From contig OZ246396.1 in NCBI GenBank assembly GCA_965230905.1, positions 30,001 through 62,000 of the forward strand: a DNA stretch of 32,000 nucleotides, written 5' to 3'. The DNA comes from Candidatus Saccharimonadota bacterium (lineage in GTDB: Bacteria; Patescibacteriota; Gracilibacteria; UBA1369; 2-02-FULL-48-14). A program made the translations under genes and the position numbers. This document shows, in pieces, positions 8,712 through 15,541 of this stretch; position 1 is the stretch's first letter; each line of letters starts with the position of its first letter. The notes under the pieces were generated by a model, which was given only the letters and a program-made list of their open reading frames with translations, searched no databases and was not told the origin of the DNA.

Positions 8712-9512
8712 TCAGCTTATTTTCTCTAAGATGTAAGCTTGTTCGTCAAACGGAGCCCTTTCTTTTTCTGGAAAGTCTATCTCTCTAAAATTTGCCTGAA
8801 ATTTATCCTTCTTTAAGACAGTCAAAACCTCCGAGTTGACTCCAAAAACCATAGATCCCACCCCAAGGGCACGATTTATTTCAACAGCTAGTTGGTGATG
8901 ATATCTAGAGCTACGAAGCACCCACGTATCAAAGCCGTTCACTCCAATATGGACCGGACTGCCATCGGGAATTCTTGATAGTGCTTCCAAATTATCTGCC
9001 TTAACATGAATCACCCTTCTCCCATCCCCTTCTCGGCGAGGATAAAATTGTTCATGACCGTTGTATCGCAATGGCTTGAAAAGTTCTGACTGTCGATCTT
9101 CAGTCCATGTATTTCTATTTTCACCAAGGTAACGAAACAGATCCACACCAATCAAAATGCGAGCCCTAGCACTCTCACCAATTGATTTTGTTCCCGTTGA
9201 GATTGGACCGCTGCTCAAGTCTATAAGCACGCCTCCTTCTATTTTCTCAATAAGGTACTGTAAGGCAGGTGGAAGTTTATCTCTTTCCTTTCGAACCTGT
9301 TTACCTTTTTCGTTATCCCAATCAATACCGAGGTGTCTTATCCATTCATTCCCATATTCTGAGTCTAAAGCACTCGAATCTCTTGCAAGTTCACACGTCG
9401 CCTTATGAACTGAATCTTTTGTTTCTTTAGAGACCAAACCAAGTTCTCGAGAAAAAATTTCCGCAAGAATAGAAGCGTTTTCTTTATCAAAATCTTTGAG
9501 ATTTTCTGACAT
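8712..9512 (-). CDS. hypothetical protein, possibly a degenerate class I methyltransferase-like fold
   Basis: 266-aa ORF in an AT-rich patch. GGVLIDLSSGP...ARILIGVDL...IHVKADNLEALSRIPDGSPVHIGVNGFD loosely follows SAM-MTase motif order I, II and post-II, but the glycine loop is degenerate. Confidence 0.5.
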   Translation of the reverse strand: MSENLKDFDKENASILAEIFSRELGLVSKETKDSVHKATCELARDSSALDSEYGNEWIRHLGIDWDNEKGKQVRKERDKLPPALQYLIEKIEGGVLIDLSSGPISTGTKSIGESARARILIGVDLFRYLGENRNTWTEDRQSELFKPLRYNGHEQFYPRREGDGRRVIHVKADNLEALSRIPDGSPVHIGVNGFDTWVLRSSRYHHQLAVEINRALGVGSMVFGVNSEVLTVLKKDKFQANFREIDFPEKERAPFDEQAYILEKIS

Positions 9513-9524
9513 AATGGGACTTGA

Positions 9525-10214
9525 TTAAGAAATTCGACTGAGCTTATCGTCGATGCAGTGGAAGCCTCGAACAACGGCACCATCGGTCCACTTTGGGAAA
9601 GCGGGTTGTTCCACAAGACAGTTGCGGACAATACTAGCGCCGCTGGTATAAATAAATTGTGATGGAATTGCACTACTCGCCCCAACCTGGATAAAAAAAT
9701 CTACCGAGCTCACGGGACCGGACTTCAAAGCTTCCCGAGCGGCCAAATCGATGTAGGCAGCCGCTAAACCTTTACAGATAGCCCGCCCCCCTTCTTTGTA
9801 AGCGGCACACACTCCTGCTTCGGTCAAAACCTCATTTTTATGCAGATTCATACTGTGTTCCACCAGTGTTCTTTCGGGAATCACTTTTAAGACACTGGAG
9901 TTCAGATTGTGCCTAGCCAAAGTTTCCATAATTGGAGCTCTTACGGGAGCGATCAAATCTTCCACATTCAGGATATCGGCATTTTCCCTTCGGCCTGTGA
10001 GCACTCGTTTACCTCCAATGTGATCGATTGCCGTAAACAGATGGGCGGGCAAACCTTGCTCGATCACTTGCTTGTAGACCTCACACGCTCGATTCAAAGC
10101 CTCTTCCTGAAAATCAAAGTTTTTTATTTTTCCGCCATTGTGGCCTTTTTTTGACTCTGTGAGGGCCTTATGGTTTCCTCCAAGGATGACGATGGAAGGC
10201 TTTAGACTGTTCAT
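9525..10214 (-). CDS. hypothetical protein
   Basis: ORF 9525-10238, with ATG 10214 as the likely start (MNSLKPSIVILGG...). It lies 12 nt upstream of the 8712-9512 gene on the same strand. No family recognised. Confidence 0.5.
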   Translation of the reverse strand: MNSLKPSIVILGGNHKALTESKKGHNGGKIKNFDFQEEALNRACEVYKQVIEQGLPAHLFTAIDHIGGKRVLTGRRENADILNVEDLIAPVRAPIMETLARHNLNSSVLKVIPERTLVEHSMNLHKNEVLTEAGVCAAYKEGGRAICKGLAAAYIDLAAREALKSGPVSSVDFFIQVGASSAIPSQFIYTSGASIVRNCLVEQPAFPKWTDGAVVRGFHCIDDKLSRIS

Positions 10215-10279
10215 AAGAGAGGTTATTGAACAGTGCAATATTACTGCTTATTGTCAAATATGTCAGTAAGACTAGCTTC

Positions 10280-10308
10280 TGGACAGTCATTCAAATCTGT
10301 TATATACT
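10280..10308 (+). promoter_or_regulatory. candidate promoter of the TrmB-like regulator gene
   Basis: TGGACA (10280-10285), a 17-nt spacer, then TATACT (10303-10308), 21 nt upstream of ATG 10330. Confidence 0.35.
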
Positions 10309-10318
10309 GTTGTCAGTA
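10305..10318. promoter_or_regulatory. palindromic operator-like site TACTG-N4-CAGTA
   Basis: tactgttgtcagta overlaps the -10 element and the expected TSS. A second TACTG...CAGTA pair lies at 10242-10246 and 10264-10268 in the same divergent intergenic region. Confidence 0.3.
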
Positions 10319-10329
10319 CTATTAGCTCT

Positions 10330-11094
10330 ATGGACCTTCCCAAGATTCTTCAAGGCATCGGACTCAGCGAAAAGGAATCTCGTGTGTACCTGGAATTGCT
10401 GAGCCTAAAAGAGGCTCTACCTAGCCAAATTTCCCGAAAAGCGGGTGTGAAGCGACCAACCACCTACTTGATACTGGAACAGCTGGCAAAAAAAGGTCTG
10501 GTGAGCCAGGTGAAGAAAGGTCGTTATGTTTATTTTCAGCCGGTGAATCCACATTCTCTGCTGGAAGATCAGTATGTACGCTTCAATAATCTGGAGAAGG
10601 CCATTCCTGAGCTGCTTTCCTTGCACCAGCAGTTTTCAGTTCAACCACAGGTGTCCTTTTTTCAAGGAAAAGAAGGAATCATACGGATCATGGAAGACAC
10701 GCTCAAAGCCTCCACCGAGTTGCTTTGTTGGGCAGATGTGAGCTTGGCGACTCAAACCCTTTTAAAGGCCTACTACCCCACTTACATTGCAAAAAAAGTG
10801 AAGCGAAAGCTATGGCTACGCGGTATCTTTTCTTACGACAAAGCAGCGCTGGAAGTTAAAACACGCGGAGAGAAGGAACTGCGTGAAGTATATTTAATTC
10901 CGAAAGAAGAGTTTCCATTTAAGAACGAAATCAATATTTACGACGACAAGGTCGCGATAGTTTCCCACGCCGATCAAATGGGAGTGATCATTCAAAATAA
11001 AAACATTGCTGACACACAGCGTTCCATTTTTAATTTCGCGTTTAAGTACGCAAAGCTTGCGGAGGCGGAACTTTTGAACGACCTTGAAAAATAG
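10330..11094 (+). CDS. TrmB-family transcriptional regulator
   Basis: The N-terminal winged HTH LGLSEKESRVYLELLSLKEALPSQISRKAGVKRPTTYLILEQLAKKGLV is typical of TrmB-like regulators. A C-terminal effector-type domain follows. Confidence 0.8.
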   Translation: MDLPKILQGIGLSEKESRVYLELLSLKEALPSQISRKAGVKRPTTYLILEQLAKKGLVSQVKKGRYVYFQPVNPHSLLEDQYVRFNNLEKAIPELLSLHQQFSVQPQVSFFQGKEGIIRIMEDTLKASTELLCWADVSLATQTLLKAYYPTYIAKKVKRKLWLRGIFSYDKAALEVKTRGEKELREVYLIPKEEFPFKNEINIYDDKVAIVSHADQMGVIIQNKNIADTQRSIFNFAFKYAKLAEAELLNDLEK

Positions 11095-11220
11095 GTTTTT
11101 AAGAACTTTTGCACATTTGCACCGTGAGAATTTTTCGTTTGTCATAAAAAATTCAGAATTATTTAAGAAATTTTTCAGGTTTTTGTCAGAACGGCCCAGT
11201 AAAGTTTTGGTTGTTCAGAG

Positions 11221-11292
11221 GGGCCCAGTCGTTGGCGACCTCAACAGGACTGTCACCCGTTGAGCCGGGTTCAACCCCCGGTGGGTCCACCA
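11221..11292 (+). ncRNA. tRNA-like element (tmRNA tRNA-like-domain style) with G3:U70 and encoded ACCA
   Basis: Folds by eye into a 4-way junction. Acceptor stem 11221-11227 with 11282-11288, including G11223.U11286. Arm 1 gtcg/cgac (11228-11239). Arm 2 of 9 bp with one A.C mismatch and the 7-nt loop ACUGUCA (11240-11264). T-arm ccggg-uucaacc-cccgg (11265-11281). Then A-CCA (11289-11292). Confidence 0.45.
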
Positions 11293-11308
11293 CTGAACAA
11301 GAGACAGC

Positions 11309-11339
11309 AAAAAGCCCTTCCATTATGGAGGGGCTTTTT
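11309..11339. terminator. bidirectional rho-independent terminator
   Basis: 10-bp stem 11313-11322 with 11326-11335 (one G.U pair) and a 3-nt loop. An A-run lies upstream and a T-run downstream. It can serve both the tRNA-like gene (+) and the maf-ytxH-DUF1543 operon (-). Confidence 0.6.
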
Positions 11340-11349
11340 GAATCGATCT

Positions 11350-11364
11350 CTCAACAGGACTGTC
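11350..11364 (+). repeat. exact 15-nt direct repeat of the tRNA-like element long arm
   Basis: ctcaacaggactgtc occurs at 11240-11254, inside the element, and again at 11350-11364, between the terminator and the stop of the convergent gene. Confidence 0.8.
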
Positions 11365-11376
11365 TAAAGTATTTTA

Positions 11377-11904
11377 TCATTTCAGCGGTATATACGCAAT
11401 CGTGAGCACGTTTTCTTTTGGCGTGGCGGAAGGTTTTAGTTCAATGCCCTTCATGGTTTCGCTGACACATAAAACGTCATCAATACCTTCATCGAGGGCG
11501 TGTTTGTCGTCGATGTGCGGCGCCGCGATGGGATCGAGCACGCGCCCTGGCTCTGTGAAGAAGGGGTCTTGTTTGGCTTTGGCTTTGGCGCTTGGTAAGT
11601 CGGGCGCAGTGAGCAGAATGCATTTATGAACTTCGCCGAATTGGCCTTCGCGGTAAGCGCCTAAATTCATGAACCAAAGTTTAAGTTCGGTAGGCATTGG
11701 CGCGGGCGAATGTGTGACACACACTTCGTAGCCGTCGACTTCGTTCACTTCCAAACACGTGTCAATATGCTGGGCGTAGGGGCGGGCGGCTTTGATCAAC
11801 TTAAAAGCCTCTTCTTTCGAAGAGGCAATTGAGAATACCGTGTCATGACCTTCGGTGTTCATCCCTTCCAGGCGAAACCCGATTTGGATCATGTAAAGTT
11901 TCAT
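11377..11904 (-). CDS. DUF1543-like protein (two tandem repeats)
   Basis: 175 aa. MKLYMIQIGFRLEGMNTEGHDTVF and LWFMNLGAYREGQFGEVHKCILL resemble the duplicated DUF1543 pattern (LY..LGG.....ElHD), as recalled from memory. Confidence 0.5.
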   Translation of the reverse strand: MKLYMIQIGFRLEGMNTEGHDTVFSIASSKEEAFKLIKAARPYAQHIDTCLEVNEVDGYEVCVTHSPAPMPTELKLWFMNLGAYREGQFGEVHKCILLTAPDLPSAKAKAKQDPFFTEPGRVLDPIAAPHIDDKHALDEGIDDVLCVSETMKGIELKPSATPKENVLTIAYIPLK

Positions 11905-12383
11905 TTCTTTTTCTTAGGGGAAGTTTTTTTAGCGGCTGGTTTTTTTGCAGCGGGCTTTTTTACAGAAGATTTTTTGGCAGGTTTCTTTGTTGCCTTTTTG
12001 GAAGATTTTTTAGCCATCCGTTCGTCCAAAACTGCCTTTTGTTCTTTAACGTATTTTGCAACGGCTGATTTGAATTCTTCTGCCTTCTGGTTTGCCTTAG
12101 TGAGCATGGCATCCAGTTCGGTTCGCTTCATGTTCGCCACATCCGCTGCCTTGTCTTTGGCTTTGTCTAAAGCTTCCTGCACAGTGGTGCTTTTTGAAAA
12201 ATCTACCACCATATCCTTCATTTCACTCCCCATGCTTTCTAAGTCCTTTAAAAGACCCTTCGCATCGCCTTTTGCGATTTTGCTGCGGAGGTTTTTACCT
12301 TCATCGGGCGCGAATAAAAGTCCTGTGAAAGCTCCGGTAATGAGTCCAAAACCGAGTGCGATTTTACCTGCTTTATGTCCCAT
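11901..12383 (-). CDS. YtxH-like membrane-anchored protein with a lysine-rich histone H1-like tail
   Basis: The N-terminus GKIALGFGLITGAFTGLLFAPDEGKNLR matches the YtxH pattern. The C-terminus is KKSSKKATKKPAKKSSVKKPAAKKPAAKKTSPKKKK. It overlaps the downstream gene by 4 nt. Confidence 0.7.
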   Translation of the reverse strand: MGHKAGKIALGFGLITGAFTGLLFAPDEGKNLRSKIAKGDAKGLLKDLESMGSEMKDMVVDFSKSTTVQEALDKAKDKAADVANMKRTELDAMLTKANQKAEEFKSAVAKYVKEQKAVLDERMAKKSSKKATKKPAKKSSVKKPAAKKPAAKKTSPKKKK

Positions 12384-12413
12384 GGCGTGGGTGAGTTAGA
12401 GATTGTTTTTACT

Positions 12414-12995
12414 CTAGTCGGTGAGCAGGTTAATGTCAAACTCCTTGAGCATGAGATTCAGGCGGTAGAGCGGCAAGCCAACCACGTTGAAATAATCACC
12501 ATCGATTTTTTGAATGAAGAGAGCTCCAATGCCCTGCGCCGCGTAGGAAGCCGCCTTGTCCATGGGCTCCCCCGTTTCTATATATGCGTGGATCTCTTCG
12601 TCGGTGAGTGGAAGGAACGTGATGTGCGTGGATTCAATGTGCGTTAGTTTTTTGGAGCCGTTCGTGAGGTAAAGGCCCGTGAGCACCTCATGAGTTTGGC
12701 CTTGGAGCATGGTGAGCATGCGGAAGGCATCGGCTTTGTCTTTGGGTTTTTCGAGCACGTGATCTTGGAAGGCCCCCACCGTGTCCACCCCCAGAACGAG
12801 CTCGCCGGGATGGCGGGTCGCCACTTCTTCCGCTTTTCCCTCCGCATTGATCAAAACCACCTCGTGGGCCAGGCGGGCGGAGGAGTCGATTTCTTGGAAA
12901 TTTTTGGCGGGATCAACCTGAAAAGTGAGGCCAATGGAGCGTAAAAGATCGGAGCGGCGAGGGCTTTGGGAAGCCAAGATAAGCTTTGTTTTCAT
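12414..12995 (-). CDS. maf: Maf-like nucleoside triphosphate pyrophosphatase
   Basis: LILASQSPRRSDLL, GKAEEVA and DKAASYAAQG are Maf family motifs. Confidence 0.9.
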   Translation of the reverse strand: MKTKLILASQSPRRSDLLRSIGLTFQVDPAKNFQEIDSSARLAHEVVLINAEGKAEEVATRHPGELVLGVDTVGAFQDHVLEKPKDKADAFRMLTMLQGQTHEVLTGLYLTNGSKKLTHIESTHITFLPLTDEEIHAYIETGEPMDKAASYAAQGIGALFIQKIDGDYFNVVGLPLYRLNLMLKEFDINLLTD

Positions 12996-13001
12996 TTTCC
13001 T

Positions 13002-13030
13002 TTGACATTATAAGGTTTCGCCCCTATATT
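13002..13030 (+). promoter_or_regulatory. candidate promoter of rpsT
   Basis: TTGACA (13002-13007), a 17-nt spacer, then TATATT (13025-13030). Confidence 0.45.
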
Positions 13031-13064
13031 TTACGGGCTAATTTTTAAATCACAAGAAGAGCTT

Positions 13065-13337
13065 ATGCCGATTATCAAATCAGCCAAGAAGGCCGCGAAG
13101 CAATCACTCGTAAAGCGTGATCGTAATTACTTGACCCGTACGGCTCTCCGTAAGGCGCTCCGTGCATTCAGTGATGCGGTTAAAGGAGGAAAGAAGGCTG
13201 AAGCTGAAAAGCTCATGAAGCCTGCTTACAAGATCATCGATACCGCTGCAAAGAAGAAAGTACTCGAGAAGAACACCGCTGCACGACGAAAATCTCTCCT
13301 TGCCCGAAACTTGGCAGGAATGGAAAAGAAGGCTTAA
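13065..13337 (+). CDS. rpsT: 30S ribosomal protein S20
   Basis: 90 aa. MPIIKSAKKAAKQSLVKRDRN... is a basic helical protein with the typical S20 N-terminus. Confidence 0.93.
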   Translation: MPIIKSAKKAAKQSLVKRDRNYLTRTALRKALRAFSDAVKGGKKAEAEKLMKPAYKIIDTAAKKKVLEKNTAARRKSLLARNLAGMEKKA

Positions 13338-13341
13338 GAAA

Positions 13342-14064
13342 CTACTCGGCTCCGCCAACAACGAGCATTCGAACTTCACCATTTAAATCCTGGACACTCT
13401 CCAGGATTTTTTGATTCTCGTAGGAGTAGCCCTCTCCTCGACTGGTTCCCGGATCATTGCTCAGGAAGTTTTCCCCTTCGTAGCCATAGATCAGCAGCAT
13501 GTGGAAAACGGGGCCGGGCTCGCCGTAATGAGGATTTTCCAGGTTTTGCACGGGCACGAGTAGAATGCTGCCCTGATCCAGGTGGGCCTGCATGGTTTCA
13601 CGGGTCACGTCGTAAGAAATTTGAGCCTGAAGCTGATAAAACTCGGTTAAAATGCGGAGGGTTTGGTCTAAATCAGAGTCTTGGTAGGCTCCCAGATTAG
13701 CGAGTTCCCAGTCACGCAAAGAAAGCAGGGCCTGTCCGGCAACTTCACCCGCGGGCTTTTCCAGGCCATTGACCCAGAGGTAGGCCATGTACGCGCTGGC
13801 TTCTTCCGCAAAACTCGCCCAAGGATCGATCCACACCCCATAAGGAGCTTGGCTGACAAAAGGGATGACTGTGGGGAGTTTTTCAGATTCGATGCTTGAA
13901 CTCATTTTTTGTTCGAATATGTCCTCCAGTACCACGGCGTTCACCGAAGGAGTCTCCCCTTCATCCTGGAACTGTTTGGCCACGAGCATTCCGTCCACAA
14001 AAGCAATGAGGACAATGAAGAGCGAAAGGTATTTATTCTGCCAGTCTTGAAGCATAGGGTTCAT
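13342..14064 (-). CDS. membrane-anchored peptidase C39-like (papain-fold) domain protein lacking any cysteine
   Basis: N-terminal TM helix. IPFVSQAPYGVW..FAEEASAYMA and FHMLLIYGYEGENFLSNDPG resemble the C39-like family pattern (..SQ.P..W...CEEAS..M ; H....GY.....NDP). The protein contains zero Cys. Confidence 0.5.
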   Translation of the reverse strand: MNPMLQDWQNKYLSLFIVLIAFVDGMLVAKQFQDEGETPSVNAVVLEDIFEQKMSSSIESEKLPTVIPFVSQAPYGVWIDPWASFAEEASAYMAYLWVNGLEKPAGEVAGQALLSLRDWELANLGAYQDSDLDQTLRILTEFYQLQAQISYDVTRETMQAHLDQGSILLVPVQNLENPHYGEPGPVFHMLLIYGYEGENFLSNDPGTSRGEGYSYENQKILESVQDLNGEVRMLVVGGAE

Positions 14065-14151
14065 TTAACCATATTTAAGATGCTCCGTCAAAGCCCTTCC
14101 TTTTGCAGTTTTTTGAGGAGTGGTAGACTTCAAAGCACTAACCTCGCCACA

Positions 14152-14691
14152 ATGACAACTCGCCTCCTCTCCCCTATTTTAGCTGGTATTTTGCTTTTTT
14201 CTGCTTGCAGCAGCGAGACCTACGAAAGCATTGATACCACTGTGGAAAACACGGCGGGCCTAGTGAGTGGCAGCCAGGTCGGCTACTCCATCAACTACGA
14301 TCCTTCAAAATGGTCCGCCATCCCCGGAGCGGCGGGTGAAGACGCCGAATACGAATTCGAGCACGTGGACGGAGACGTTTATGCCCTGGTGATTGCTGAA
14401 CGTGTTGAACTGGACTACGAAACCCTGAAAGAAATTGCCTTGGAAAATGCACAATCCGTTGCGCCCGATGCCTTGATTGTTTTTGAAGAAGAACGCACGG
14501 TTAATGAGGTACCGCTGCATGTTTTGAAGATCGACGGAACGCTGTATGGGATTCCGTTTGAATACTATGGCTACTACTACGGCGGCCCTGTTGGAACCAT
14601 CCAATTCATCACCTACACCAGCTCAAATCTCACTAGCGAATATGAGGCTGACCTCACGGAACTCTTGAATGGATTGACGATTACTGAGTAA
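14152..14691 (+). CDS. putative lipoprotein
   Basis: ORF 13909-14691 overlaps the opposite-strand gene, so the start is moved to ATG 14152. MTTRLLSPILAGILLFSAC has a signal peptide plus a lipobox-like FSAC. Confidence 0.6.
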   Translation: MTTRLLSPILAGILLFSACSSETYESIDTTVENTAGLVSGSQVGYSINYDPSKWSAIPGAAGEDAEYEFEHVDGDVYALVIAERVELDYETLKEIALENAQSVAPDALIVFEEERTVNEVPLHVLKIDGTLYGIPFEYYGYYYGGPVGTIQFITYTSSNLTSEYEADLTELLNGLTITE

Positions 14692-14713
14692 TTTAAAAAT
14701 TTAACACTAAAAA

Positions 14714-14741
14714 AGAGACCTTCGGTGGAGGGTCTCTTTTT
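14714..14741. terminator. bidirectional terminator between convergent genes
   Basis: Stem agagacc/ggtctct, flanked by aaaaa upstream and ttttt downstream. Confidence 0.6.
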
Positions 14742-14748
14742 AATCTAA

Positions 14749-15180
14749 CTATTCTTCTTCCTTATCTACGGGGGTAGCACTACGAATATTTGTTTCACCA
14801 ATAATCATAGGCCATTTGTAAGTGCTTACGTCATAAGTCGATCCAACGTCCAAGTTAATCGGTTCAAATTTTCCGAGGGCCCAGGCTGGTCTATCCTCAA
14901 GAGTCTCCCCATCGGTGGTCTCTACTGTTTTACCTTCTCCGTAGGTAAGCCCCCACAGATTTCCGAAATTCTTATTTTCAGGACTTACATTTTCTACCGT
15001 TATACGTTCGTGACTCTCTGTTAAATTAACGTAAGCCAAGACTACTGCCTCTCTAGCCGCTAAAACTCCAGCTAAGACCCCGCCAATTAAACCAACTCGC
15101 TTTATAGGGCTCATGGTATCTAAAGACTCGCGCATGTTCTCTAATGTGCTATCGGCTAGACTATTCATTTTTTTAAACAT
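14749..15180 (-). CDS. hypothetical membrane protein
   Basis: 143-aa ORF with the TM helix VGLIGGVLAGVLAA, in an AT-richer patch next to the tRNA-Ala 3' end. Confidence 0.5.
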   Translation of the reverse strand: MFKKMNSLADSTLENMRESLDTMSPIKRVGLIGGVLAGVLAAREAVVLAYVNLTESHERITVENVSPENKNFGNLWGLTYGEGKTVETTDGETLEDRPAWALGKFEPINLDVGSTYDVSTYKWPMIIGETNIRSATPVDKEEE

Positions 15181-15245
15181 AGTAGCGATGATTACTTAAG
15201 TTACAATAATACTATACTATAAATCTATAGTTATGTAAAGCAAGC

Positions 15246-15322
15246 TGGTGGACCCGATCGGAATCGAACCGACGACCTCTTCCATGCCATGGAAGCGCTC
15301 TAGCCAACTGAGCTACGGGCCC
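15246..15322 (-). tRNA. tRNA-Ala (anticodon GGC), CCA encoded
   Basis: The reverse complement is gggcccgtagctcagttggctagagcgcttccatggcatggaagaggtcgtcggttcgattccgatcgggtccacca. It forms a full cloverleaf with G3:U70 and the anticodon loop AU-GGC-AU. Confidence 0.95.
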
Positions 15323-15541
15323 GTAAGGAGCTGATGAAAAGTGTGGGCTGGTTAAGTATACGCAGGCTTTTGAGCTTTTCAATTGAGAAACGCCGAAATC
15401 GATGAATAGGAAACAAAATTCGTTTGTCCGCTGGTCAAAGTGACTGCTTCTGCTTGCTGGTGAGAAAGCTTCTTGCGACAATGATAAATCATTTTAAAAT
15501 TCTTTATGGAGCTTCTTCCCCGGATACCAGGAGGCCAGCAA

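Noticed and set aside
11211-11405. 64-aa plus-strand ORF spanning the tRNA-like element and terminator.
   Set aside because: It runs through a structured RNA and a strong terminator hairpin, has a non-ATG start, and has no protein-like features.
10900-11700. A full-length or circularly permuted (two-piece) tmRNA around the tRNA-like element.
   Set aside because: A 5' end about 350 nt upstream would fall inside the TrmB-like CDS. I found no tag-like ORF ending in ...AA-stop. No second acceptor 5' strand complementary to UGGGUCC occurs downstream of the CCA. The element is therefore reported only as tRNA-like.
11845-12399. 184-aa plus-strand ORF (F/L-rich).
   Set aside because: It is the antisense shadow of the YtxH-like gene. 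The poly-Phe and Leu stretches simply mirror the lysine-rich (AAG/AAA) tail on the other strand.
13909-14151. N-terminal 81 codons of ORF 13909-14691.
   Set aside because: They overlap the opposite-strand peptidase-like gene, and the sequence is not protein-like. A lipoprotein signal peptide begins at ATG 14152.
15334-15405. 23-aa ORF (MKSVGWLSIRRLLSFSIEKRRNR) preceded by AAGGAG.
   Set aside because: The SD-to-ATG spacing is only 3 nt, the peptide has no recognisable features, and it lies in the tRNA-Ala upstream region. It is probably coincidental.
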